A program made the position numbers and the translations under genes. From NCBI GenBank assembly GCA_964016885.1, contig OZ024747.1:63798001-63862000 (forward strand): a stretch of 64,000 bases of DNA. The letters are read 5' to 3'. Shown piece by piece: positions 1 through 12,638 of this stretch (position 1 is the stretch's first letter; each line of letters starts with the position of its first letter). A model generated the notes under the pieces. It made no database searches and was not told where the DNA came from. It saw only the letters and a program-made list of their open reading frames with translations. This DNA comes from Eledone cirrhosa. Taxonomy: Eukaryota.

Positions 1-227
1 CCCAAGCACTACAATAGATATTGAAAAGTTACTGATTAGAAAATAATCAATTTACAGTAATTAGCAAATTAGTTTAGCATTTTAAAGAAAAAAGTATCTT
101 TCCCAAGAAAATGTTTTGAAATACAGTTTTAGAGATGGGGACGGTTATGTATGTATTGATGGCTGCTAGGATTGATATTTACCTTTCATTTGGGTTCTAT
201 AAAAAGACTGTATCTGTATGTGTATAG

Positions 228-425
228 AAGGTGCATGGCTCAGTGGTTACAGAGTTGTATTCACAATCATGAGGTTGCGAGTTCTCAGACCGGGTGATGC
301 GTTGTGTCCTTGAGCAAGAAAGACACTTTATTTCACATTGATAGTCTGATTTCCTTAGTCTGATTTGACATGGTCCACCCCACTCAGCAAACTAATGAGG
401 TCTGGGATCTTGTCGATCAAGCAGA
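228..425 (+). mobile_element. tRNA-headed CORE-type SINE copy
   Basis: tRNA-like head (tggctcagtggtt...gagttc) followed by gtgtccttgagcaag...acactttatttcac, shared with copies at 19541, 24848 and 38082. Confidence 0.7.
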
Positions 426-629
426 GTGAGAGTGATATGTGTATAATACACACTCATGTATAATGTGCACTCCTAATTATGAACGATGAAATGCTAGAAA
501 CAAAATATCTGGTGTATAAACCATACTGACTTTAGCTTTACAAGATAAGGTAAAAAAAAAGCAGATTTATTATAATTGCTGTGTAATTTTATTCATCTGA
601 AATGAAACAAAAACTAATTTTGAAAGTAA

Positions 630-1030
630 CCATTAGCCATGAATCTTGGACAATGACCAAAAGAATACAATCGCGAATATAAGTGGCTGAAATGGGATTC
701 CTCTGAAGGGTCTTTGGAGTAATGTTACTTGATAAACTGTGTAACTCAAAGATCAAAGAATCACTCCAGATAGAGTTGTTATTTCTCCAATATTATGGGC
801 ATTTGATTAGAATGTCTTAGGAAAGAATTGTTTCTTCAGATTTTACAGGCAAAACCAACCAGCAGGAGACCCAGGGGTAGACCGCAAGCAAGGTGGTTGG
901 ATAACATCCATGAGCCTTGGCTGGTCATGCTTGGGGATCCAACCAGATCAGTTGGAAACTGTTGCTTCTGACAGGACCTGCTAGAAGGAGTGTTTGAGGA
1001 CTCTTCCCTCATGACCATCTCAGGAATAAG
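630..1030 (+). mobile_element. RTE-clade LINE 3' fragment (degenerate)
   Basis: Translates to WTMTKRIQSRI..AEMGFL..V.GV..LDK...YGHLIRM..ER...KPTSRRPRGRP.ARWLDNI, typical of the RTE C-terminus; contains stops. Confidence 0.75.
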
Positions 1031-1336
1031 TAGGCAAAGAAGGAGGTGTAGGCAATAAAAGTGAACCTGTTGGAAATCATAAACAATTTGAATTTGATAT
1101 TGGAATACTTAAATATATATTTTCAGTTTACTATTTAGTTCATACAATAGTATATTGTCATATCACAAGAGAAAAAATACATAAGATTTAAAAATAGATT
1201 TTTTATAAAACCTGTCTGACTTTATTTTTTTTCTTATATATATATATGATTCTGGCTAACCCATGCATGCATGGAAAATAGATGTTAAATGGTAATGTTG
1301 AGCATGATAATGATATATTTTCACTTTTACTTTCAG

Positions 1337-1474
1337 GCTCTTAAATTTTTACGAACAGCAGACATCAAACCATATGTGATATTTGTAGCACCACCATCTT
1401 TTGAAATACTAAAAGCCACGAGGTTTGATAAGAATGCTAGACATACAGTAAATGATCTCCCTCAACCATTTTCA
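1337..1474 (+). CDS. Penultimate coding exon of a MAGUK p55-subfamily gene (MPP7-like), guanylate-kinase-like domain
   Basis: Acceptor tttcag ends at 1336 and donor gtaaga starts at 1475; 138 nt, phase 0. Encodes ALKFLRTADIKPYVIFVAPPSFEILKATRFDKNARHTVNDLPQPFS, matching the L.T...KPYVIF..PPS.E.L..TR motif of MPP7/PALS GK domains. Upstream exons lie outside the window. Confidence 0.9.
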
Positions 1475-1599
1475 GTAAGAACTCCCTTTTATTATTTTCA
1501 ATGTTTTATACAAATATACAGCACTAGTGAAAGAAGTGTGTGGACCCAAAGAGAGACTATGTTGATAAATAAAGCAAGATAATATTTGTATATGCTACT

Positions 1600-2000
1600 A
1601 TAATAATAATGAAATTATTGTGTATACTGCTCAGGTGCACTACAATTCATCAAAGATGCATGTATATAGAATAATGTACAAGTGAACAGTGTATGAGTCA
1701 TGATATACATGTGTGCATCTGTATGGAGGGGGAATGCCAGGTTTTGTGTTGAAAAATTTCAGAAAGCATGGAGGTTTTAAAGGATGCAGTGTCTCGGCAG
1801 CTAACAATTGATGCAGGTAGTTTGTTCCATGCTTCAGCAACTCTGAGCATGAACAAATGTTTCTGAAAGTCATGGGAGCTGTGCTGTTTTCTGACTTTGT
1901 AGGCATGCCCATAGGTGTTAGATACATGGAATTCAAAAAAGGTGCTCATGGTTGTTGTTGGCAAGATGGTTAATAATTTTGTGGGTGTCTACCAAGTGTG
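1600..2000 (-). mobile_element. CR1-like LINE 3' fragment
   Basis: TYGHAYKVRKQH...LRVAEAWNKLPASIV..SFK; same 3' tail (gtagtgcacctgagca...(att)n) as the longer copy at 26790. Confidence 0.8.
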
Positions 2001-2007
2001 TTAATAG

Positions 2008-2822
2008 TAATAATTGTTTCTACTTTAGGCACAAGGCCAGCAAATACCCAGTGCATTACTGGTACTTTATTTTATCGACCTCGTAAGGATGAAAGGCAAA
2101 GTCAACCTCGGCGGGATTTGAACTCAGATCGTAAAGGGACGTAACTATGCTGGAAAGCATGGCGTCCGACCCTCTACCGATACTGAATGATTTCTCATTT
2201 AGGCACAAAGCCAACAATTTTGGGTAGACGTGAAAGTAGATTAAATTGACCCCAGTGCATTACTGGTACTATATTTTATTGACCTCGTAAGGATGAAAGG
2301 CAAAGCTAACCTCAGTGGTGTTTGAACTCAGAACATAAAGGACCATAACTCTATACCACAAATCATGATGTCTGATGCTCTAACAATACTGCCAATCCAC
2401 TGCCCTTTATAATTGTTTCTGTTTTAGGCACAAGGCCAACAATCTTTTGAGGGAGAAAGTCGATTAAATCAACCCTAGTGCATTACTGGTACTTTATTTT
2501 GTAGATTCCATAAGGATAAAAGCCAAAGCAAAACTTTGGAGCGATTTGAATTCAGAGCGTAAAGGGCCATAACTCTATGCCACAAAGTATGATGTCCGAT
2601 GCTCTACCGATTACTGCCAATCCACCACCTTCACAAAATAATTGTTTCTACTTTAGGCACAAGGCCAGCAATTACCCAGTGCATTACTGGTACTTTATTT
2701 TATCGACCCCGTAAGGATGAAAGGCAAAGTCAACCTCGGCGGGATTTGAACTCAGATCGTAAAGGGACGTAACTATGCTGGAAAGCATGGCGTCTGACCC
2801 TCTACCGATACTGCCAATCCAC
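2008..2822 (-). mobile_element. Head-to-tail cluster of about 4 tRNA-headed SINEs with a Meta-type central domain
   Basis: Repeated reverse complement of gcctttcatccttacggggtcgataaaataaagtaccag and of the tail ttgtgcctaaagtagaaacaattatta. Confidence 0.85.
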
Positions 2823-3539
2823 AATGATAGGCAAAAGGAAGCTGCAGCCTTTATGTCATATTAAAATGTCAAACATATACACTATGTAACATTTTAGTAA
2901 TTTAACATTTTGACAAATTTGATTATTGTTATTGTTGTTGTTGTTGTTCTGGTGTTGTTACTGTTGTAGTTGTTATTGTTGTTGCTGTTACTGTTGTAAG
3001 TAAAGAGAAAGAACAGAATGTTTACAAGATAACAGTTGATATGAGAGTGAAATAAGGGAATAGTGGTGAGGTGGAGGGTGTAAGGGAGAGAGACAATAGA
3101 TGAAGGCATGGGAAAGGTTGGAGGGAATAACAACAGTGGATGTACTGAGGAAGGATGTGTGGAGTAGAAACTAGGTGTACCGAGAAATGTTGAAGTGAGG
3201 AAGAAAGGCAAAAGACAAAGTGTTTCTTGTCTTTGACAAGACATTAACAATATATTTAAGTTACTTCTTGGATATTTCTGTGTTGTTTGAGGAAGTTCTT
3301 TGTTCTGGAAAGATCTCATAGTTTCTCATCATTTGAAACCTCTCCAGTTTTAGAGATAGAAAAATCAAGGTTAGACTTAATTTATTGAATAAACATATAT
3401 ACATGAATATGTGCACATATACACACGTGCACATTTATATACAAATATGCACATGCATACACATTCATTGATGCTTCGAGAGTAATGTTAGAATAAAGCA
3501 CTTTTATATATTTGTGTTTGTGTCTTTGTGTGTGTGTGT

Positions 3540-3760
3540 GTATTGAGTTTATATCTGTATTTGTGTGAGTGTGTGTATTGAGCTTATGTCTGTATTTGTG
3601 TGTGTGTCTTTGTGTGAGAGTGTGTATTGAGCTTATGTCTCTATTTGTGTGAGTGTGTGTATTGAGCTTATGTCTCTATTTGTGTGAGTGTGTGTATTGA
3701 ACTTGTGTCTGTGTTTGTGTGAGTGTGTGTATTGAACTTATGTCTGTGTTTGTGTGTGTG
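3540..3760. repeat. About 32-bp TG-rich minisatellite
   Basis: Unit gtgtgtgtattgagcttatgtctctatttgtgtga repeated about 6 times. Confidence 0.85.
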
Positions 3761-3852
3761 CATTTAGCTGATCTAACGGCTGTTCTAGTGAGGAGTTTTT
3801 TCATGTATTTAAATGCATTCTTGCTTCGTCTCAATCAGAGACGACATTGTTT

Positions 3853-3934
<82 letters not shown>

Positions 3935-4165
3935 CTGTCACTTGCAGTCATGTGTGACTTGCTAGTAGGTAACATTCTTTTACTGAGAATATAAAGAATA
4001 TAAAGAAGTTCAATATATAGTAGACAATATAACAAGGATAAGATTTCTATAAATAATCCTTGTCACTAGATTCCTTCCTTCCTTACTCAATAAACAAATA
4101 TTCTTGAGAAATACATGGTTGTTATGATTTCAATCTCTTTTTCTCTCTCTATCTGTGTATGGCGT

Positions 4166-4198
<33 letters not shown>

Positions 4199-4867
4199 TA
4201 TCTAGTGATTCTGATGATTTCTCTACAGGGGAATTAAATGCTACCTCCTTCTGTATTTGAATGAAACATGTAAATCAATTAAATAATGTATTTATGTATT
4301 GAACCTTGGTTATATATATTGTAGTGCACCTGAGCACTGTACACAATATTTTCATTATTATATATTTATTATATATATAAATGGTTGTCTTTCACAATCT
4401 ATCTGTCTCTCTTTTCCTCTCTATTTATCTGTCTATCTGACTCTGTTGACCTATCTGTCTGTCTTCCTCTCTCTATTTCTCTTTATCTGTCTATCCTGCT
4501 GAAGTCACTAGAGGCCAGCCACTAATTAGAAGCTACTTGTTGTCATTAAATATCAAGTAATTAACTGTATATCACCAGGAAATGGAGATGAAGAAATCTT
4601 TAGAGTTTCAAATAGTTTACATGAAGCACTGTGAAATATGTGGTTAGGATTGTTTTGGGAAATCTAATACAATACAAGTTAGAAATAAAGGAGTGAAAAC
4701 TAGAATAAAGTAAGATTAACAAAACAAACTACTACTTTACAATGTTGTCTTATATTTCATGTATTTTTGCCATTAGGGTTTAAAAAAAAGGAAAGATAAG
4801 TGCTGCTGTTCTGCATGGCTATTGAATTTGAATGATAGTGATATGCACAGAATGATGTAGTTATAGT

Positions 4868-5170
4868 CAGGGCTTGATTTAATGGGGGAGGGGGGCAATT
4901 GCCTTGAACCCCTTGTCGTGAGGTGGAGGGCACCAGTGATGGCTGCTGTACTCTCAGCTGGCCTTTTTAACTTTAGGGTGGCTAGAATTTTTTGAATTTA
5001 ATACCTGTATGTATAACTTTTCAATTCCAATTACTTGCACCAAGCCAACTTTAATATGTAAAATAGGGGGGGGGGGGGGTGTACTCTAATTTTTTGGTGT
5101 ATGACGCCCCCTCCCCTCTCCCCATCCTTATCTGAAGTTCCCCTGGCCCCCAAAGTCTAATCCAACCCTG
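4868..5170. mobile_element. hAT-like MITE
   Basis: Imperfect TIRs CAGGGCTTGATT / AATCCAACCCTG with 8-bp TSD gttatagt / gtcatagt; second copy at 62467-62711. Confidence 0.8.
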
Positions 5171-5717
5171 GTCATAGTGGTGTACTGCTGGCAGTTTTGA
5201 CAATGAGTGTTCCAGTTGTTCAAACAATGGAACAGCCTGCTTGTGAAATTAATGTGCAAGTGGCTGATCATTCCACAGATATGTGCACCCAGGCATACTT
5301 AAAAATAACTAGCAGAAAAACCACCTTTCGGGTGGTTTTCTGCTAGCATGTGTAGTGTGCATATTGATATTATATGCAAGTATATATATGCATGTAGATA
5401 TGATACATCAAATAAAATCGTAATTGACAATATACACAGAAATTAAACAAAGACTGCGTTACACTGTCTTAGGTAATCATAACGTAATCCATGATACATT
5501 AAAAAAAACACGATATTATATATATAAACTGCATTAGGAGATAATTAGTGACGGAAATATATGAATGTTTATTTAAGCGATCGCTAACCAGAAGTGTTGA
5601 CATATGAAAATTTTAAAGAAGTGAATCTTAAAATAACAACAAAATTATTTATATTTAATCAAGAATAATGAAATTTAGTAGATGAATTATGTAATATTCA
5701 TTCATTATTTATTCAAA

Positions 5718-5908
5718 GGGCGGTGGATTGGCAGTATCGGTAGAGGGTCGGACGCCATGCTTTCCAGCAAAGTTACGTCCCTTTACGATCTGAGTTCAAA
5801 TCTCGCCGAGGTTGACTTTGCCTTTCATCCTTACGAGGTCGATAAAATAAAAGTACCAGTAATGCACTGGGTAATTGCTGGCCTTGTGCCTAAAGTAGAA
5901 ACAATTAT
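5718..5908 (+). mobile_element. Meta-type SINE, young full-length copy
   Basis: A-box-like tggcagtatcggtag, B-box gagttcaaatc, central domain and tail; nearly identical to the reverse complement of 2008-2185 and 2640-2822. Confidence 0.9.
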
Positions 5909-6193
5909 TTATTCAAAGTAATCCAACTTATTTTACAAACGGGATAAAAAAATATATTCTGGATGCTGTCCCGCATTCCTTACTTTATTAGAGTTTAGAT
6001 TCTGGCTCTGTATCTTCTGAGGTCAAAACCCACCTCTTTTTGCCAGAGGTTGCAACCAACAGATAATATCACCAATGGAAACATTGTTTACTTGGTCTGA
6101 TCTGATGATTGGCTAAGTTCCATTTTTTTTGTGATAAAAATTTGTTTTTTTGTATATTTATTACTTTTTTTTTTTTTCATTTATCTATTGCAG

Positions 6194-6373
6194 GATGAAG
6201 AACTTCAAAAGATGATCAATACCGCCAAAACTATGGTCATTCGTTACGGTCACTTCTTTGATAAGACTATTATCAATGGTCCTATAGAGCAAGCAGTAAA
6301 GGATCTGATACATATAGTGGAATTAGTGGCAAAAGAACCTTTGTATGTCCCAGCAAACTGGGTCCAGTACTAA
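6194..6373 (+). CDS. Terminal coding exon of the same MPP7-like MAGUK gene
   Basis: Polypyrimidine tract plus ttgcag acceptor ending at 6193, in phase with the previous exon. Encodes [59 protein letters not shown], with the YGH.FD..I.N and VP..W C-terminal MAGUK motifs. Confidence 0.92.
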   Translation, partial: DEELQKMINTAKTMVIRYGHFFDKTIINGPIEQAVKDLIHIVELVAKEPLYVPANWVQY

Positions 6374-6894
6374 AGAAAAAAAGAGAAAAAAAGTAAAAAA
6401 ATTACATATAATATATATACATACACATATATATATATATACATACATAAATATATATATACATATACATATATATATACATATATATATACATATATGT
6501 ATACATACACATACACATATATACATATATATATATATACATATGTATACATATATATATATACATATGTATACATATATATATATACATATATATATAT
6601 TTGTATGTATGTATACATATATACATATATATATACATACATATATATATATATGTGTGTAAGCATCAATAACACAATGCATTATTACATAATTTTCATT
6701 TGGGAGGAAAATGTTTTTAAAATAAATTTAGCAAAAAAAGGATTTATTGTGTTTGATTTGTGTTTGTTTAGTATTGTCTCTGTTGTAGAATATTTCCTAG
6801 AAAAAGAATGATTAAATCTAGTTTTCCTGTTAAATGTCTTTCGATGCCAAACCAAACCTGGCTGTATGATACAAAACTGTTTGTGTTAAAGTTA

Positions 6895-7920
6895 TGTTGA
6901 TGATGGTGGTGGTGGTGGTGGTGGTAGTGCTGATCAGGATAGTGGTAGTAGTGATAATGGTGGTGGTGGTGATGGTGGTGGTGGTGCTGATCAGGATAGT
7001 GGTAGTAGTGATAATGGTGGTGGTGGTGGTGATGATGATAGTGGAGATGATGATGGTGGTGGTGGTGGTGGTGGTAGTGGTGGTGGTGGTGCTGATCAGG
7101 ATAGTGGTAGTAGTGATAATGGTGGTGGTGGTGGTGATGGTGGTGGTGGTGGTGATGATGATGGTGTGAGTAATGAGATGATGGTGGCAGAGATGTTGTT
7201 GGAAGCAGTGATGATGATGATGATGGTGATGGTGATGGTTATGGTGGTGGTGGTGCTGATGATGGTGGAGATGATGATGGTGGTGGTGCTGATCATGATA
7301 GTGGTAGTAGTGATAATGGTGGTGGTGGTGGTGGTGGTGGTGGTGGTGATGATGATGGTGTGTGTAAGTAATGAGATGATGGTGGCAAAGATGATGTTGG
7401 AAGCAGTGATGATGATGATGATGGTGGTGGTGGCACAATAATGATGATGATGATGATGATAATGCTAGTATCGATGATGATAGTGGTGGTGGTTGTGGTG
7501 GTGATGATTATGACAATGTTGGCAGTGGTGATGATGATGGTTGTGATGATTATGATAGTGGTAGTAGTGATAATGAAGGTGGCATTGATGATGATGATGA
7601 GGGGGGGAGGATTATGACAATGGTAGCGGTGATGATGATGATGGTAGGAGTAATGAAGTGATGGTGACAGAGATGATGTTGGAGGCAGTGATGACAATGA
7701 TGGTGACAGTAATGATGATGATGATAATGGTAGTAGTGTATGATGATGATGGTGATGGTGGCAGGGATGATGGGGATGATAATTGTAGTATTGATGATGG
7801 TGGTGGTGGTGGGAGTAATGGGGGTGATAGTGGCAGAAATGATGGTGACAGTAGTGATGATGATGATAATGGTAGTATTGATGGTGGTGGGAGTAATGGG
7901 GGTGATAGTGGCAGAGAAAG
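6895..7920. repeat. Compound (GGT/GAT)n trinucleotide repeat with higher-order units
   Basis: Recurrent gctgatcaggatagtggtagtagtgataatg motif inside GGT/GAT runs. Confidence 0.9.
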
Positions 7921-8198
7921 GGGATGATGTTTGAGTGAAAACTTAAACCAACAAACCTGTAGAATCAATAGACAATGCCAGTTTAAATTGACTTGAAACA
8001 TTAATGAAGTTAGTTGTAATTACATGTCATCGGGCTAAAGTAATAAGTTAATTTAAATTCTTCTCCCTTCGTTATCTTTGGCTAAAATCTAATTTTGTAT
8101 TATATGACTCAAACTGCACATAATACAGTTATCATCATCATCATTATCAGCATCATTATCATCATCATCATCGCCATCAAGATCATCATCATCATCAC

Positions 8199-8231
<33 letters not shown>

Positions 8232-8736
8232 TAGTTTATGTCCACATTATATTGAAGTGAGTGAAAGTTGACCAACATGAATAGATAAATATTAGAAGAG
8301 AAGTGAATCAATATCTATCATTGACAGAAAAACTTTGGCAATAAGCAGCATTGATCCACTACTTTGGAAATATTTGTGCCATCATTTAGCTAGGGGATCA
8401 ATCACCAAAGAGCAAGCAGTAATAACTGCAGGAAGGTTATCTGTGATCAATATCCAATGTAATGGGGAAATTAAGAATTTTAAAAGAGTGATATCCATAA
8501 TTGAAATACATCCTACAACAGCAGGCTTTATAGAAGAAATATATTTAACCAATCCATTTAATGTGTTTGTTGTAGGGTTTAAATAACATGCAATTAATGA
8601 TAACATTTAGCCAAACATCTGTGGTAAAGATAGGATGTAGGATACAAGCATGGCATGGCCATGTGGTTCAAAAAATAGTTTCACAATCACAGGGACCCTG
8701 GTCCAATTCCCCTGCGTTTTCTACGATGGATTCAGT

Positions 8737-8990
8737 TTAACCCTTTAACATTTACATTACTTTATATATATACTATTGTATTTTTGTGGTAAATGCTTTC
8801 TCACATAATATCTCACTTAATATCGAATCTATGAGAGATTCGATACTATGTGAGAGAAAGACTTTACTATGAAAATACAATAGTAAATATAGAGTAATGT
8901 AAATGTTATGTGAGATACTTATGTGAGGAAAAGCCTTTACCACAAAAATACAACAATATATATAGAGTAATGTAAATGCTAAAGGGTTAA
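8737..8990. mobile_element. piggyBac-like MITE, palindromic variant
   Basis: TTAA|CCCTTTAACATTTA ... TAAATGCTAAAGGG|TTAA; related copies at 39733 and 63297. Confidence 0.8.
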
Positions 8991-9439
8991 TACCACCAAC
9001 TTATTGACATATTATTCCCTCTTTTTTTTCATATATATTTCTGCATAATCTAATGTATATAAGCTTTAGATATCAGGCATAATAGTATCAATTTTATGTT
9101 TATTTGTTTTTTGTTGTTTTTATTTCATAGGAGGTATTGTATATGAATTGGGTTTATCTGTAAAATAAAAACACAAAAAAAAAAGGAATGTGAAAGGAAA
9201 AATCTGACAGTAAATTTGCCTTAGGCAAATTTACTGTCTCTGGGACCCATATGTAACTTGCTCACCTTGGTGATCTAATTTATTGGTGGATGCAGAGATG
9301 GATTAACATGTTAAGGGCATCAAGTGAAGAAGGACATTTTATTCACTGTAAATATATTTATCATCCTCCACCAAAAAAATAAGAAAAAAAAAAAAATTGT
9401 GCAGGTTTTACATATGGGGGAGGAGCACCATACTTTTAT

Positions 9440-9735
9440 ATTGAACCCCAAACCTCACTCTACCAAAACTTTAACTCCAACTTAACCCAAATCCTAATCT
9501 AACATTAACCTACTCTTAATCTTAACCTTAACCTAGCCTTAATCCTTACCTAACCTTAACCTAGCCTTAATCCTAACCTAACCTTAACTATAACAAGTGT
9601 TTCAGTCTCAAAAAAGTTGCACAGGCTTTACATTTGTGAGAGGAGTTCCAAAAACTTTTATATTTAACCCAAAACCTCACCCTACTCTAACCCTAACCCT
9701 AGCCATAACTCTAACTTAACCCTAACCCAAACAAG
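9440..9735. repeat. Degenerate (CCCTAA/CCTTAA)n telomere-like repeats inside an approximately 220-bp tandem duplication
   Basis: Runs such as ctaaccctaaccct; the flanking unit caggtttacat...ggaggag..cca..acttttatat is repeated at about 9400 and 9620. Confidence 0.75.
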
Positions 9736-10840
9736 TGTTTGAGACTCAAAAGGGCTTAATCTGCTCGTGGATGGGTGGAAACTGACTGTAAATATTCTGT
9801 GATAATGGAGTAGGTTGGTATCAAATGAAATTCATAAAGCTATGAGAAAGAAATTTTCAGTTTATCGATTAAAACCACACCTCAAAAGTCAAAGATCTAC
9901 AAAGAAAAGACAGGTACTTTTCACTTTTATTTTATTGTCAGCTATTTTATATACCTAAAGCGAAATATCACCAATTTCTTAAAAAAGCTTTCCATGTTTT
10001 CTAACATTTTATTTTATTTTATTTTTACCTATGCATATAATTTCCTTCTCAAAATATTAGGCCAACCATCTATTTTAGTTAGTAGACATGTCTTGAATTT
10101 TTGATGCATTCAAAGAAATTTTCTCCATGATGGAGAATAACATTAAAAATTATAACAAAGAAATTACATTTTTTTCTCTGTCTTTTTATTTGAAATTGTT
10201 ATAATATATTTAACAGATTTTTGTCATATATTTTTATCTTGGTTGACAATTGAAAATAATTTCATCAAGGTAATACAATGTTGCTGGAGAATGTGTAATA
10301 ATAAGACTTGAGTAATTCTTCTCTGGAAAAATATTTCTTGCCAACTAAATGAAATATTGATTGTGTAAAATGAGTTTAAGAAAGAAAGTAGACATGATAA
10401 CTACTAAGCCAGCAATGTAATCAAGGTATGTGACAAGAATGATATACATTTGAGCTGACAATTTTGAAGGCTAATTTGTTTTCTAATGAAAGAAAAGAAA
10501 ATGACTGCAACTTTTAAACTGCAAATTCAGCAACTGTGTAATTTGTGTGCTTGTTGGCTTTGCATGATAGATTAGCAGTGGTTATTATCACATGAGGAAC
10601 TGAGGATGCAAATTAGGTTCAATTTCTATAGGAATTATTTTTCACTCCATTTGTTTTTCATACAGAGCTTCTACGTGGTTGTTCAACCTGCAGAAAATAG
10701 CAACCAAATCACATACAAATACAGTGGGTTCCAACATATTCACTACCATGGACCACTTTTATTAAAAAGAATTTTCCCAACTCTCTCTCGCCCTCTCTTT
10801 CTCTCTCTCTGTCCTCTCTTTCTCTCTATACACACACACA

Positions 10841-11133
10841 TATGAGGGTAAGTCAAAAATTATCCACGCTTTCGCCGTAACATACCTTTAAGTTTGTCAC
10901 ACTGCGTTCTGCTTGTGTGTGCTTATAGTTGATAGTATTGTGGTCATGTGATTGAAGTTTTAGCTTGATCGTGCCAGTTTTCCTGCTGCTGTTATAGTGT
11001 AAACATGGCCATTGGCACGATCAAGCTCAAACTTTGATCACATGACCACAATAGTACCAACTATAAGCACACATGAGCAGAAAGCAGGGTGACAAACCTA
11101 AAGATATGTTATAATTTTTTACTTCCTTTAGTA
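10841..11133. mobile_element. Mariner-derived MITE with long internal inverted repeat
   Basis: TA + TGAGGGTAAGTCAAAAATTAT left terminus and degenerate ataattttttacttcctt..ta right terminus; about 100-bp imperfect inverted arms (10880-10977 vs 11013-11110). Confidence 0.75.
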
Positions 11134-11894
11134 TATTGATAGATATGAAGTGAAGTCTGTTTGTTGTCGTGTCTGAGTTGATATGGAATAAACTTAATTT
11201 AAAGAAAAGTCAAACATGTTAAGTATGAGAATTCTGTTTTTATATACAGCAAAATTTCACCTCACAAAAGGAAAATACAATTGCTTCGAATTATAACAAA
11301 ATCAATAATCACAACATTCAATCAGGCCTTTGTGTTGTGTGAGTCGTCAATTCTATTGAGATGTTTCTCTGAACCATTTAGTTACCAAACCGGCCAAAAC
11401 CAGCTCTCATTCTATGAAATAAAACCACCCATTTTAAAAGGTTTACAATTTTGATTAAAATCTTCCCACATAATTTTATATAAGAACCTTATATTAAGTT
11501 AGTATATTAGTAATGAAATAATTAATAATGTTAGTAAATCCCTCAAAATTCTTCATTAATTAATTAAGATAGACTGTATTTCATTAGAAATGTGGTCAAG
11601 AAAGGGCTAAGAATTGACCAGCCAGTGAAAATGTGTAGCGAGACAAAGGTTGTGTTGTTAGCAGCTCTACATAGTAGCAATTTGGTCTGTGTCCTGTCAA
11701 ACAGGTGAGTGGCAGACAATATGTATAGTTGAAAGACAGTGTATTTATAAAATTGGCTAGTTGCTTTAAACATAGCCCTTTAGAAATGTTTATCTTTTAG
11801 ACAATTGTCTCTGAGTCTCCCAAAAGGAAATGTTATCTAAGTTGATGTCCCTTTTGGTGGGAAAACATTTCATTGGCTACATATATATCTTCTT

Positions 11895-12235
11895 CTTCCT
11901 CTTATTCCTCAGAGGGTCATTGGAGCAGAGTCCTCAAACACTCCTTCCAGTGGGTGCTATCAGAAGCAACCATTTCCATCTGCTCCAGCTGGATCCCAAG
12001 CAAGACCAGTCAAGCTCATGGATGTTATCCAACCATCTTGCTCAAGTTCTACCCATGGGTCTCCTGCCGGTTGGTTTTGCCCATAAAATCTATCCAGCAA
12101 TTCTTTCCTGAGGCATTCTAACCACATACCCTTAGTATAAGAGCTGTGATCTCTCAATTCAGAGAAGTAGTGGCTCTACCTGGAGTGACTCTCTGATTTC
12201 TGAGCTACGCACTCTATCGAATAATGTTACTCCAA
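11895..12235 (-). mobile_element. RTE-clade LINE 3' fragment
   Basis: Reverse-complement homolog of 630-1030 ending in a (GAA)n-like tail. Confidence 0.75.
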
Positions 12236-12437
12236 ATTTACTATATATAAATTAGGCTGTGTGGTTACAATAATAATATAATTTTTAAAAAACATGCTTT
12301 ATAAAGCACCCGAAACTATAATGATCCCCAGAAGACAGTTGATGAGCAGGAATTGTCCATGTGCTTGTCTCTTCTACATTTTCTGTTTCCTATATTTCTC
12401 CCACATGTTATATAATATATATATATATATGTATATA

Positions 12438-12467
<30 letters not shown>

Positions 12468-12468
<1 letters not shown>

Positions 12469-12605
12469 TGTTATACTTTGGGAGGGTCATGTTGCCAATA
12501 AGAAACACACGCACCATTGGCACATGACCCTCCCAAAGTATAACAATATCGGTTTCAACACACGATTTCAGATAAAGAATCTTGCTAAACAAATTCAGAA
12601 ACGAA

Positions 12606-12606
<1 letters not shown>
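12468..12606 (+). mobile_element. Short Penelope-like pseudo-LTR fragment with 5' inverted segment, in (TA)n
   Basis: ttgttatactttgggagggtcatgttgccaat followed by its complement ggcacatgaccctcccaaagtataacaa...cagaaacga; same family as 21678-22325 and 54546-54595. Confidence 0.65.

Positions 12607-12638
<32 letters not shown>

Noticed and set aside
1289-1582. 97-aa ORF as a standalone gene
   Set aside because: Only 1337-1474 is exon; the flanks are intronic.
2008-2822. Regularly spaced repeats resembling a CRISPR array
   Set aside because: Eukaryotic SINE cluster; units are about 200 bp and homologous throughout, with no cas genes.
4205-4250. CTGATGA plus hairpin
   Set aside because: GAAA is replaced by TAAA and stem I does not close.
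6323-8001. Long ORFs rich in YI, H, T, V or M
   Set aside because: Translations of TA/CA and GGT/GAT microsatellites; open in several frames and on both strands.
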